This document shows positions 9,929-18,727 of a stretch of 32,000 bases of DNA, piece after piece. The DNA lies in the NCBI RefSeq assembly GCF_000014785.1, contig NC_008340.1, positions 3,000,001 to 3,032,000 of the forward strand, written 5' to 3'. This DNA comes from Alkalilimnicola ehrlichii MLHE-1. GTDB lineage: Bacteria; Pseudomonadota; Gammaproteobacteria; Nitrococcales; Halorhodospiraceae. Made by a program: the position numbers and the translations under genes. Each line of letters begins with the position of its first letter. Within the stretch, counting starts at the first letter, position 1. The notes under the pieces were generated by a model. The model saw only the letters and a program-made list of their open reading frames with translations, searched no databases and had not been told where the DNA came from.

Positions 9929-11307
9929 TGCTCCTCCCCGGCGTCAGTGGACGCCTCGCGGTCGGCGGGCACCAGGCGACCCACCGTGAGCTGATCATCC
10001 ACCAGGTAGCGCCGGGCGACGCGCTGGATGTCCTCAGCGGTCACGGTCTGCACCCCCTCCAGGAAGCGCTCACCGGCCTCCCAGCCGATCCCGGTGCTCT
10101 CCAGCGCCCCCAGACGCATCGCCTGCGCCCGCATGGAGTCCTGACTGAAGAGTTCATCCGCCACGTACTGGCGGCGGGCGCGGACCAACCGCTCCTCGTC
10201 CAGCGGCTCCTCCTGCAACCGCTGCACTTCCTCGCGCAGGGCGGCCTCCAGCTCGTCCAGTCCGGCGCCGGGTGCGGGGCGGCCGGCAAGCAGGAACAGA
10301 TCCTGGAGGCGCGCGGTGGCGGAATAGCTGGCCCCGGCGCCCACGGCCACGCCCTGCTGCCGCTCCAGGCGCTCGGGCAGGATGGCCGCCTGGCCGCCGG
10401 AGAGCACGGCGCGAAGCAGCGCCAGGGCGTAGACCTCACGCAGGGCCTCCTCGTCTTCCCGGTCGATACTGCCCAGGGTGGGCACCCGCCAGCCCATGGC
10501 CAGGTAGGGGAGTTCCGCCGGGATACGCACGGTCACGGCGCGCTCACCCGGGTCGGGGATATCGCCGCCGGGGATGGGTTCGGGCCGCTCGCGGGCCGGG
10601 ACTGGACCAAAATGCTCCTCGGCCAGGGCAAAAACCGCATCCGGGTCCACGGCGCCGACGACCACCAGGGTGGCGCTCTCCGGGCCGTGCCAGCGCCGGT
10701 ACCAGTCCTCCACCTCGGACAGGCGCAACCGGTCCAGGTCCTCCATCCAGCCGATCACCGGCTGGCCGTAGGGACTGGCGCTCCAGGCCACGGCCCGGAA
10801 GCGCTCCATGAACTTGGCGGTGGGGTTGTCCTCCACCCGTTGACGGCGCTCTTCGCGCACCACCTCCATCTCACGCTCGTACTCACCCTGATCGAAGACC
10901 AGGTTCTGCATGCGGTCGGCCTCCAACTCGAAGGCCAAAGGCAGGTGCTCCACCGCCAGCTGCTGGTGGTAGCCGGTAAAATCCCGGCCGGTGAAGGCGT
11001 TCTGGCGCCCCCCACGCTCGGCGATAAGACGGGAAAACTCGCCGGTCGGGCGGGTCTCCGTGCCTTTGAACATCATGTGCTCGACCACGTGGGAGATGCC
11101 GGTCAGCGGCCGCTGTTCGTAGCTGGAGCCGACGGCAAACCAGACCATGCTCACCACCACCGGCGCCCGGTGGTCCTCGCGCACCACCACCGTCATGCCG
11201 TTGTCCAGCGTGTACTCGTGGACCGCGGGCGTGCCGGCCACCGCCGGCGGGACCAGCCAGGCCAGGCCGAGGGCCAGGCCGGTGGCCATCAGAATTCGGG
11301 CTCTCAT
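9925..11307 (-). CDS. M16 family zinc metallopeptidase (catalytic)
   Basis: GISHVVEHMMFKGTETRPTGEFS contains the inverted HxxEH zinc motif. Signal peptide MRARILMATGLALGLAWLVPPAVAG. Start reassigned from 11460 to ATG 11307. Confidence 0.9.
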   Translation of the reverse strand: MRARILMATGLALGLAWLVPPAVAGTPAVHEYTLDNGMTVVVREDHRAPVVVSMVWFAVGSSYEQRPLTGISHVVEHMMFKGTETRPTGEFSRLIAERGGRQNAFTGRDFTGYHQQLAVEHLPLAFELEADRMQNLVFDQGEYEREMEVVREERRQRVEDNPTAKFMERFRAVAWSASPYGQPVIGWMEDLDRLRLSEVEDWYRRWHGPESATLVVVGAVDPDAVFALAEEHFGPVPARERPEPIPGGDIPDPGERAVTVRIPAELPYLAMGWRVPTLGSIDREDEEALREVYALALLRAVLSGGQAAILPERLERQQGVAVGAGASYSATARLQDLFLLAGRPAPGAGLDELEAALREEVQRLQEEPLDEERLVRARRQYVADELFSQDSMRAQAMRLGALESTGIGWEAGERFLEGVQTVTAEDIQRVARRYLVDDQLTVGRLVPADREASTDAGEEQ

Positions 11308-11496
11308 CAGGCAGTTCCTCCCCGTGTTACCGCCATGCACCGCGACAGTCTCACACCGCCACGGGGGAATGATAGGATACCGGACAGCCACGCCGGGCCG
11401 GACGACCCGCCCACACCACACCCTGTGGGGGCGACCGTGCGCTGCTTCGGCCATAGCCAACCTTCATGCTCCCAACTATTGAGGACCATCGAAACC

Positions 11497-12666
11497 ATGT
11501 GGGGTTTCGGACGTAAGAAAAAGCAGCGCCGACAGGCCGAAGAGGAAGCCCGCCGCGCCGCCGAGGAGGCCGCCAAGGCGGAGACGACCCCCGGGCCCGA
11601 GGCGGAACCCGAGCCGGAGGCAGAGCCCGAGCCGGAGACGGAAACCGAGGCGGCGACGGAAACCGAGGCGGAAGCAGCCCCTGTCAGCGCTGAGCCGGCC
11701 GAGGTACCGGATGAACCGCGCAAACAGGGCCTGTTCGCCCGCCTGCGCGCCGGGCTGTCGCGCACCCGAAGCGGGCTCACCGAGGGCATTGCCAGCCTGT
11801 TCCTGGGCAGCAAGACCATCGACGACGACCTGCTGGAGGAGCTCGAGACCCAACTGCTGCTGGCAGATGTCGGGGTCGAGGCCACTCAGCGCATCATCGA
11901 CGGGCTCACCGCCCGGCTGCGCCGCGCCGAACTCAAGGACACCGACGCCCTGTTCCAGGCGCTCAAGGAGGACATGACGGCCATCCTCAGCCCCTGCGAG
12001 GCGCCGCTGGAGCTGCCCAACGAGCCGAAACCCTTTGTCATCCTGATGGTGGGCATCAACGGCGCCGGCAAGACCACCACCATCGGCAAACTGGCCCGCC
12101 GCTTCGGCGACCAGGGCAAGCGCGTGATGCTGGCCGCCGGCGACACCTTCCGGGCGGCGGCGGTGGAGCAGCTCCAGGCCTGGGGCGAGCGCAACAACAC
12201 CCCGGTGATCGCCCAGCACACCGGCGCCGACGCGGCCTCGGTGGTCTTCGACGGCTGGCAGGCGGCTAAGGCGCGCGGCTCTGATGTGCTCATCGCCGAC
12301 ACCGCCGGCCGGCTGCATACTCAGAGCAACCTGATGGAGGAGCTGCGCAAGATCAAGCGCGTGCTCGGCAAGCAGGACCCTACCGCCCCCCATGAGACCC
12401 TGCTGGTGCTGGACGCCGGCAACGGCCAGAACGCGCTGGCCCAGGCGCGGGAGTTCCACCAGGCCATCGGCCTGGACGGGGTAGTGATCACCAAGCTGGA
12501 CGGCACCGCCCGCGGCGGGGTGATCTTCGCCATCGCCGAGCAGCTCAGGCTCCCCATCCGCTTCATCGGCGTCGGCGAGTCGGCGGAGGACCTGCGTCCC
12601 TTCGTGGCCGCGGACTTCGTCGAGGCCCTGTTACAACGTGACGACCAGGGCCAGGCCACCGGATGA
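11497..12666 (+). CDS. ftsY: Signal recognition particle receptor FtsY
   Basis: MWGFGRKKKQRRQAEEEA..., acidic A domain, LMVGINGAGKTTTIGKLARRF, DTAGRLHTQSNLMEELRKIKR, ITKLDGTARGGVIFAIAEQLRLPIRFIGVGE. The 945-aa track ORF is this gene plus antisense read-through. Confidence 0.97.
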   Translation: MWGFGRKKKQRRQAEEEARRAAEEAAKAETTPGPEAEPEPEAEPEPETETEAATETEAEAAPVSAEPAEVPDEPRKQGLFARLRAGLSRTRSGLTEGIASLFLGSKTIDDDLLEELETQLLLADVGVEATQRIIDGLTARLRRAELKDTDALFQALKEDMTAILSPCEAPLELPNEPKPFVILMVGINGAGKTTTIGKLARRFGDQGKRVMLAAGDTFRAAAVEQLQAWGERNNTPVIAQHTGADAASVVFDGWQAAKARGSDVLIADTAGRLHTQSNLMEELRKIKRVLGKQDPTAPHETLLVLDAGNGQNALAQAREFHQAIGLDGVVITKLDGTARGGVIFAIAEQLRLPIRFIGVGESAEDLRPFVAADFVEALLQRDDQGQATG

Positions 12667-13337
12667 TCCGCTTCGAGGGCGTCAGCAAGCGCTATCGCGG
12701 GGGGTTCGAGGCCCTGCGCAACCTGCAACTGGAGATCGGCCAGGGCGAGATGGTGTTCGTCACCGGCCACTCCGGCGCCGGCAAGAGCACCCTGCTGCGC
12801 CTGATCCCGCTGCTGGAACGCCCCAGTCAGGGCCAGGTGGTGGTGGGCGGCATCAACCTCTCGCGCCTGCGCAAGGGACAGATCCCCCAGCTGCGCCGCC
12901 GTATCGGCATGATCTTCCAGGACCACCGGCTCCTGTTCGACCGTACGGTCTATGAAAACGTCGCCCTGCCGCTGATCATCCGCGGCACCCCCCACCGGGA
13001 GGTGGGCCGGCGGGTGCGCGCGGCCCTGGGCAAGGTCGGCCTGCTTAGCAAGGAGAAGGCCTACCCGATCACCCTCTCCGGCGGCGAGCAACAGCGGGTA
13101 GGCATCGCCCGCGCCGTGGTCTCGCGCCCGCCGGTGCTGCTGGCCGACGAGCCCACCGGCAACCTGGACCCGGCGCTGTCCGAGGAGATCATGCAGCTCT
13201 TTCTGGAGTTCCGCCGGGTGGGCATCACCGTGGTCATCGCCAGTCACGACCTGGACCTGATCGCCCGGCTGCGCCAGCGGGTCATCACCCTGGAGCACGG
13301 CCGCCTGATCGACGACTGGCAGGGAGCCGCCGCCTGA
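12663..13337 (+). CDS. ftsE: Cell division ATP-binding protein FtsE
   Basis: MIRFEGVSKRYRGGFEALRNLQLEI, Walker A GHSGAGKSTLLR, LSGGEQQRVGIARAVV, VLLADEPTGNLD. ATGA overlap with ftsY. Confidence 0.96.
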   Translation: MIRFEGVSKRYRGGFEALRNLQLEIGQGEMVFVTGHSGAGKSTLLRLIPLLERPSQGQVVVGGINLSRLRKGQIPQLRRRIGMIFQDHRLLFDRTVYENVALPLIIRGTPHREVGRRVRAALGKVGLLSKEKAYPITLSGGEQQRVGIARAVVSRPPVLLADEPTGNLDPALSEEIMQLFLEFRRVGITVVIASHDLDLIARLRQRVITLEHGRLIDDWQGAAA

Positions 13338-14284
13338 TGCCCCGCCGCGGTCCCCGCGCCTGGCGCGAGCGCCTGCGCGTCTATTTCGCCCAGCACGCCC
13401 AGGCCCTGGTCAGCGCCCTGGGGCGTCTCTGGAGCCGGCCGCTGCAAAGCGGCATGACGGCGGCGGTGCTGGGCATCGCCCTGGCCCTGCCCGCCGGCTT
13501 TCTGCTGGCGCTGCAAAACCTGCAGACCCTCACCACCGACTGGGACGGCGGCACCCGCATCTCCGTCTACCTGGCGTTGAATGCCGATGAAGCCCGGCTG
13601 GGGGAACTGGCCGATGAGCTGAGCGCCGATGACCGCTTATCCGGCGTGCAGACCTACACCCCGGACGAGGCGCTGGAGGCGTTCCGCCAGCTCTCCGGTA
13701 TGGACGACGCCCTGGACCTGCTGGACGACAACCCGCTGCCGGCCACCCTGGTGCTCGCCCCGCGGCGCGATCTGCCCGCCGCCGCGGTGGCGGCACTGGC
13801 GGATGAGCTCGCGGAGCGTAGCGGCGTGGAGCAGGTGCAACTGGACCAGGAGTGGCTGCAACGGCTGCACGCCATTGTCGAGCTGGTGGAGCGCGCCGTC
13901 TGGGTGGTGGGGTTGCTGCTGGGGGCGGCGGTGCTGCTGGTGGTGGGCAACACCATCCGCCTGGCCATCAGCAACCGGCGCGAGGAGATCGTGATCACCA
14001 AACTCATCGGCGCCACCAATGGCTTTGTCCGCCGCCCCTTTCTCTACGAAGGCCTGTGGTACGGTCTGTTGGGCGGGGTGCTGGCCTGGCTGCTGCTGGA
14101 GATCGCCCGGCTGTGGCTCGGCGATACCGTCTCCGGGCTGGCCAGTCTCTACAGCAGTGGCTTCCGGCTAAGCGGCCCGGGCTTCACCGGCGCCCTCCAG
14201 ATCCTGGGCACCGGCATGCTGCTGGGCTGGCTCGGGGCCTGGCTGGCGGTCGGCCGCCACCTGTCCGCCATCGAACCCCGGTAG
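13337..14284 (+). CDS. ftsX: Cell division permease FtsX
   Basis: Overlaps the end of ftsE. FtsX-type sequence with 4 TM segments; RREEIVITKLIGATNGFVRRPFLYEGLWYGLLGG. Confidence 0.94.
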   Translation: MPRRGPRAWRERLRVYFAQHAQALVSALGRLWSRPLQSGMTAAVLGIALALPAGFLLALQNLQTLTTDWDGGTRISVYLALNADEARLGELADELSADDRLSGVQTYTPDEALEAFRQLSGMDDALDLLDDNPLPATLVLAPRRDLPAAAVAALADELAERSGVEQVQLDQEWLQRLHAIVELVERAVWVVGLLLGAAVLLVVGNTIRLAISNRREEIVITKLIGATNGFVRRPFLYEGLWYGLLGGVLAWLLLEIARLWLGDTVSGLASLYSSGFRLSGPGFTGALQILGTGMLLGWLGAWLAVGRHLSAIEPR

Positions 14285-14399
14285 GCGCCCACCACACCCC
14301 GGCCCGCCCAAGCCCGGCAATCCAGGCCTTGCGATCCCAGCCGGAATGGATTATTCATGGGGCAGCCTGCCCGCCCCGCCCACACGGCGCAACGGCTCG

Positions 14400-14480
14400 G
14401 CCATCACTGAACTTTCCCTCATGTCAGTGATCTCCTAAAATAAGGCTTAGCAAGAAAAATGCCATCACTGATGGAGAGGA
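14400..14480 (+). promoter_or_regulatory. Candidate alternative-hairpin leader of rpoH
   Basis: GCCATCACTGA at 14400..14410 and 14461..14471; complementary TCAGTGAT at 14424..14431 can pair with either. The second copy abuts the GAGAGGA ribosome-binding region. Confidence 0.35.
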
Positions 14481-14488
14481 CGAACAGC

Positions 14489-15346
14489 ATGACCACTGCA
14501 CTGGTACCGCTGAAACACGGCAACCTCCCCACTCCCGTCGGGAGCGAGGAGGCGTATATCCATGCGGTCAACCAGATCCCCGTGCTCAGCGCCGAGGAGG
14601 AGCACGAGCTCGCCGAGCGCTACCGCCTGCAGGGCGACCTGGACGCGGCCCGCGCACTGGTCCTGTCCCACCTGCGCTTCGTGGTCCACATCGCGCGCAG
14701 CTACCGCGGCTATGGCCTGCCGCTGGGCGACATCATCCAGGAGGGCAACGTGGGGCTGATGAAGGCCGTCAAGCGCTTCGATCCCGCCCAGGGGGTGCGC
14801 CTGGTCTCCTTCGCGGTGCACTGGATCCGCGCCGAGATCCACGAGTACGTGCTGCGCAACTGGCGCATCGTCAAGGTGGCCACCACCAAGGCCCAGCGCA
14901 AGCTATTCTTCAACCTGCGCAGCGGCCGCAAGCACCTGGGTTGGCTCACCAGCGAGGAGGTGGACGCCATGGCCAGGGACCTGGGGGTCAAACCCGAGAC
15001 GGTGCGCGAGATGGAAGCGCGCATGACCGGCAACGACACCACCTTCGACCCGACCCCGGGCCAGGACGACGAGGGCATTCATGCCCCGGTCGCCTACCTG
15101 GAGGACAAGCGCTACGACCCGGCCACCGCCGTCGAGGAGGCGGACTGGGAGCAGCACCGCGATCAGAACCTGCACCAGGCCCTGGCAGGACTGGACGAGC
15201 GGAGCCAGGACATCCTGGCCCGGCGCTGGCTGTCGGAGCGCAAGGCGACGCTGAAGGAGCTGGCCGAGCACTACCAGGTCTCGGCAGAGCGTATCCGGCA
15301 GTTGGAGAAAAACGCCATGGGCCGGCTCAAGACCGCCCTGGCCTGA
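14489..15346 (+). CDS. rpoH: RNA polymerase heat-shock sigma factor (sigma-32)
   Basis: [75 protein letters not shown] (RpoH-box-like). Alternative upstream start in the same frame at 14459. Confidence 0.95.
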   Translation: MTTALVPLKHGNLPTPVGSEEAYIHAVNQIPVLSAEEEHELAERYRLQGDLDAARALVLSHLRFVVHIARSYRGYGLPLGDIIQEGNVGLMKAVKRFDPAQGVRLVSFAVHWIRAEIHEYVLRNWRIVKVATTKAQRKLFFNLRSGRKHLGWLTSEEVDAMARDLGVKPETVREMEARMTGNDTTFDPTPGQDDEGIHAPVAYLEDKRYDPATAVEEADWEQHRDQNLHQALAGLDERSQDILARRWLSERKATLKELAEHYQVSAERIRQLEKNAMGRLKTALA

Positions 15347-15375
15347 CCCCATCCCGAACATCCCCGCAGTCACAC

Positions 15376-15428
15376 GCCGCCCGGCCGGACGCCCGCCCCC
15401 GGGCAGGGCCGGGTTTCTGCCGGGCGGC
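15376..15428 (+). terminator. GC-rich hairpin downstream of rpoH (possible terminator, no clear T-tract)
   Basis: GCCGCCCGGC (15376..15385) and GCCGGGCGGC (15419..15428) are perfectly complementary 10-nt arms. Confidence 0.3.
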
Positions 15429-15449
15429 GCCCCGGGGCCAGCGTTCCGC

Positions 15450-15671
15450 TCAGAGCCCGTGGGGCTCCGCCGCCTCCAGCAAGGCGCCGAGCCCGGCCTC
15501 ATCCAGGCCGGCCAGGTACCGCTCGGCCTCCACCCAGTTGTCCACCGGCAGCGCCGCCTGCAGGGCCTGCCCTCCGTCGCGGGGCAGAAAGAGCGCCAGT
15601 GCCAGCCCGTAGGACTGGCGCCCCACGGTGATGTCCCACTCCCGCCCCTCGGCGTCGGTCATCGTCCTCAT
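15450..15671 (-). CDS. Small hypothetical protein (~73 aa)
   Basis: MRTMTDAEGREWDITVGRQSYGLALALFLPRDGGQALQAALPVDNWVEAERYLAGLDEAGLGALLEAAEPHGL. Fills the rpoH/radC gap. No family recognised. Confidence 0.55.
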   Translation of the reverse strand: MRTMTDAEGREWDITVGRQSYGLALALFLPRDGGQALQAALPVDNWVEAERYLAGLDEAGLGALLEAAEPHGL

Positions 15672-15714
15672 ACCCACCCCCGGCGGGCCCGCAGCCCGGC
15701 CTGTCGGTTGTTGC

Positions 15715-16389
15715 TCACATTAGGCCGCGCTCGGCGAAGGAAACCGGCCGGCCGTCACCCACCACGAAATGGTCCAATACCCGGATGTCCACCAGCCCCA
15801 GCGCCTCCTGCAACCGACGGGTCAGCGCCTGGTCAGCAACACTGGGCTCCGCCACCCCGGACGGGTGGTTGTGGGCCAGGATCACCGCCGCGGCGTTGTG
15901 CGCCAGCGCCCGCTGCACCACCTCGCGCGGGTAGACGCTGGCGGCGTCGATGGTGCCCTGGAACAGCTCCTCGTAGCGCACCACCCGGTGGCGGTTGTCC
16001 AGGAACAGGCAGGCGAATATCTCCCGCGACTGGTGGCGCAGCCGGGCGGTGAGATAGCGCGCCACCTGCTCGGGGCTGGTCAGGGCCTCGCCCCGCTCCA
16101 GCCCCGCGTGCAGGTGGCGGCGGGCCATCTCCAGCACGGCCTGTAGCTGGGTGAATTTCGCCGGCCCCAGCCCCAGGTGGTCGCAGAACCTGTCCAGGTC
16201 CGCCTCCAGCAGCGGCCGCAGCCCGCCGAAGGCCTCCAGCAACTCGCGCGCCAGATCCACCGCCGACAGCCCCTGCCGCCCGGTGCGTAGAAAGATCGCC
16301 AGTAGCTCGGCATCCGACAGCGCCCCCGCGCCCCGCTCCAGCAGCTTCTCCCGCGGCCGCTCGCCGGCCGGCCAATCCGTGATCGCCAT
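15715..16389 (-). CDS. radC: RadC family protein (MPN/JAB domain)
   Basis: [74 protein letters not shown]. Start moved from the track's 16788 to ATG 16389. Confidence 0.95.
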
Positions 16390-16438
16390 TCCGTTACCTC
16401 TCCTTGGTTTCTGACCCGGCCGCCGTGCGCGCCCGGCG

Positions 16439-16657
16439 GCCTGTGGCGGTGGGGTCCTGGCGGGGCCGTGCCTGGGGTGGACCCGACTTTGGCGCACCGA
16501 GCAACGCAGGGAAAAATCGGGAAAAGCGCGTGCCTGTTCGAGCGAAGCGAGTTCACGCGCGCCGATTTTTCCCGAGTAGCGCAGGGCACCCCGAAGGGGT
16601 GCGCCATCGGAGGGTCCACCCCAGGCACGGCCCCGCCAGGACCCCACCGCCACAGGC
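16439..16657 (+). repeat. Copy 1 of an unidentified ~220-bp structured palindromic element
   Basis: Outer arms 16439..16484 and 16612..16657 are 46/46 perfect inverted repeats. Nested stems: 16490..16498/16598..16606 (9 bp), 16509..16520/16562..16573 (12 bp), 16526..16532/16554..16560 (7 bp). Conserved loop CCTGTTCGAGCGAAGCGAGTT at 16533..16553. Confidence 0.93.
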
Positions 16658-16786
16658 ACCCTAAACCCAGCGTCTCCTTGCGCCGGGCGAGGGGGCATCT
16701 TACCATTGCGCGTCTGAGCCGGCCCGGCCCCAGCGCCCGCGGCCGCCCACCCGTACACCACAGCACAACGGTTCCAACACCCAATC

Positions 16787-18565
16787 ATGCGTACCCACTA
16801 CTGCGGACACGTCAGCGAGACCGATCTCGATCAGGAAGTCACCCTTTGCGGCTGGGCCCACCGGCGGCGCGACCACGGCGGCGTCATCTTCATCGACCTG
16901 CGCGACCGCGAGGGCCTGGTGCAGGTGGTGTTTGACCCGGACCGCCCCGAGACCTTTGCCCTGGCCGAGCGGGTACGCAGCGAGTTCGTGCTGAAGGTCC
17001 GGGGCCGGGTACGGCGGCGCCCGGCGGGCACTGAGAACCCAGATCTGCCCACCGGTCAGGTGGAGGTGCTGGGCCTGGAGCTGGACCTGCTCAACCCGGC
17101 CAAGACCCCGCCCTTCCAGCTGGATGAGCACGAGCAGGCCGGCGAGGACGTGCGCCTGCGCTACCGCTACGTGGACCTGCGCCGGCCCGAGATGCTACAG
17201 CGGCTGCGCGCCCGGGCCCGAATCACCAGCAACCTGCGCCGCTTCCTGGACGAGCACGGCTTCCTGGACATCGAAACCCCCATGCTCACCCGCGCCACCC
17301 CCGAGGGCGCCCGCGACTACCTGGTGCCCAGCCGCACCCACCCGGGCAGCTTCTTCGCCCTGCCCCAGTCGCCGCAGCTGTTCAAGCAACTGCTGATGAT
17401 GGCGGGCATGGACCGCTACTACCAGATCGTGCGCTGCTTCCGGGACGAGGACCTGCGCGCCGACCGCCAGCCGGAGTTCACCCAGCTCGACATCGAGACC
17501 AGCTTCATGGACGAAGAGGGCATCATGCACCTGACCGAGCGCATGATGCGGCGGCTGTTTGCCGACGTCCTGCAGGTGGACCTGCCCGACCCCTTCCCGC
17601 GCATGGGCTACGCCGAGGCCATGGCCCGCTTCGGCTCCGACAAGCCGGACCTGCGTATCCCGCTGGAGCTGGTGGAGGTGGCCGACCTGATGGGCGGGGT
17701 CGAGTTCAAGGTCTTCGCCGGTCCGGCAGCCGATCCGCGTGGTCGCGTCGCCGCCCTGCACGTCCCCGGGGGCGCCGGCCTCACCCGCAAGCAGATCGAT
17801 GACTATACCCAATTCGTCGGCCGCTACGGCGCCAAGGGCCTGGCCTACATCAAGGTCAACGACCCGGCCCAGGGCCGCGAGGGGCTGCAGTCGCCGATCC
17901 TCAAATTCCTCACCGACGAGGCGGTGGACGGCATCCTGCGCCGCACCGAGGCCCGGGCGGGCGACCTGATCTTCTTCGGCGCCGACAAGGCCAAGGTGGT
18001 GAATGACGCCCTCGGCGCCCTGCGGGTCAAGCTGGGCCACGACCTGGCGATGGTGGAGGACGAGTGGCGCCCGCTGTGGGTGGTGGACTTCCCCATGTTC
18101 GAGTACGACGAGAAGGATGGCCGGCTGTACGCCCTGCACCACCCCTTCACCGCCCCCAACGTCGACGACCCGGCCGAGCTCGCCGACAAGGACCCGGAGC
18201 AGTTGGTCAGCCGGGCCTACGACATGGTGCTCAACGGCACCGAACTGGGCGGGGGCTCGGTGCGTATCCATCGTCAGGACATGCAGCAGGCGGTCTTCCG
18301 TCTGCTCGGCATCGACGAGGACGAGGCGCGGGCCAAGTTCGGCTTCCTGCTGGACGCGCTGGAGTACGGCGCACCGCCCCACGGCGGCATCGCCTTCGGC
18401 CTGGACCGCCTGGTGATGCTGATGACCGGCGCCAGCTCCATCCGCGAGGTCATGGCCTTCCCCAAGACCCAGACCGCCGCCTGCCTGCTCACCGACGCAC
18501 CGGCCGAGGTGGACATCGCCCAACTGCAGGAACTGGCGCTGCGGATCACCAAGCCGCAGGCCTGA
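16787..18565 (+). CDS. aspS: Aspartyl-tRNA synthetase
   Basis: [51 protein letters not shown], class II motifs [55 protein letters not shown]. Confidence 0.98.
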
Positions 18566-18592
18566 GCCACCCCGCCAAGCGGCCTTTCCGAC

Positions 18593-18623
18593 GGCCCGGT
18601 TGCCCGCGCGGCGCCGGGCCTTT
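18593..18623 (+). terminator. Probable intrinsic terminator of aspS
   Basis: GGCCCGG (18593..18599) / CCGGGCC (18614..18620) followed by TTT, 28 nt after the aspS stop. Confidence 0.45.
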
Positions 18624-18727
18624 GCATGCCGGGCGGCTGGCAGGGGCGCGGCGGATCCGCACAGGTCTTTGCATTCGCTACAATGCATATTTATGCTGCC
18701 CCCTCCCGCAGCCACCTGGGGGCCGCC

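Noticed and set aside
9829-11496. N-terminal 550+ aa extension of the 945-aa ORF ahead of ftsY
   Set aside because: It is antisense to the M16 peptidase gene. The recognisable FtsY protein begins at the ATG at 11497. Long antisense frames are expected at this GC content.
16439-16657. CRISPR, retron or group II intron origin of the repeat element
   Set aside because: No repeat-spacer array, no cas or reverse transcriptase gene nearby, and no domain V-like motif that I can identify. The retron possibility cannot be fully excluded without a whole-genome search.
16404-16935. Short ORFs across element copy 1 (e.g. 16404..16664, 16468..16935)
   Set aside because: They translate through the palindromic arms. 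The similar peptides in the two copies ([12 protein letters not shown] / VRAKRVRAAALL) are explained by conserved nucleotide structure, not protein selection.
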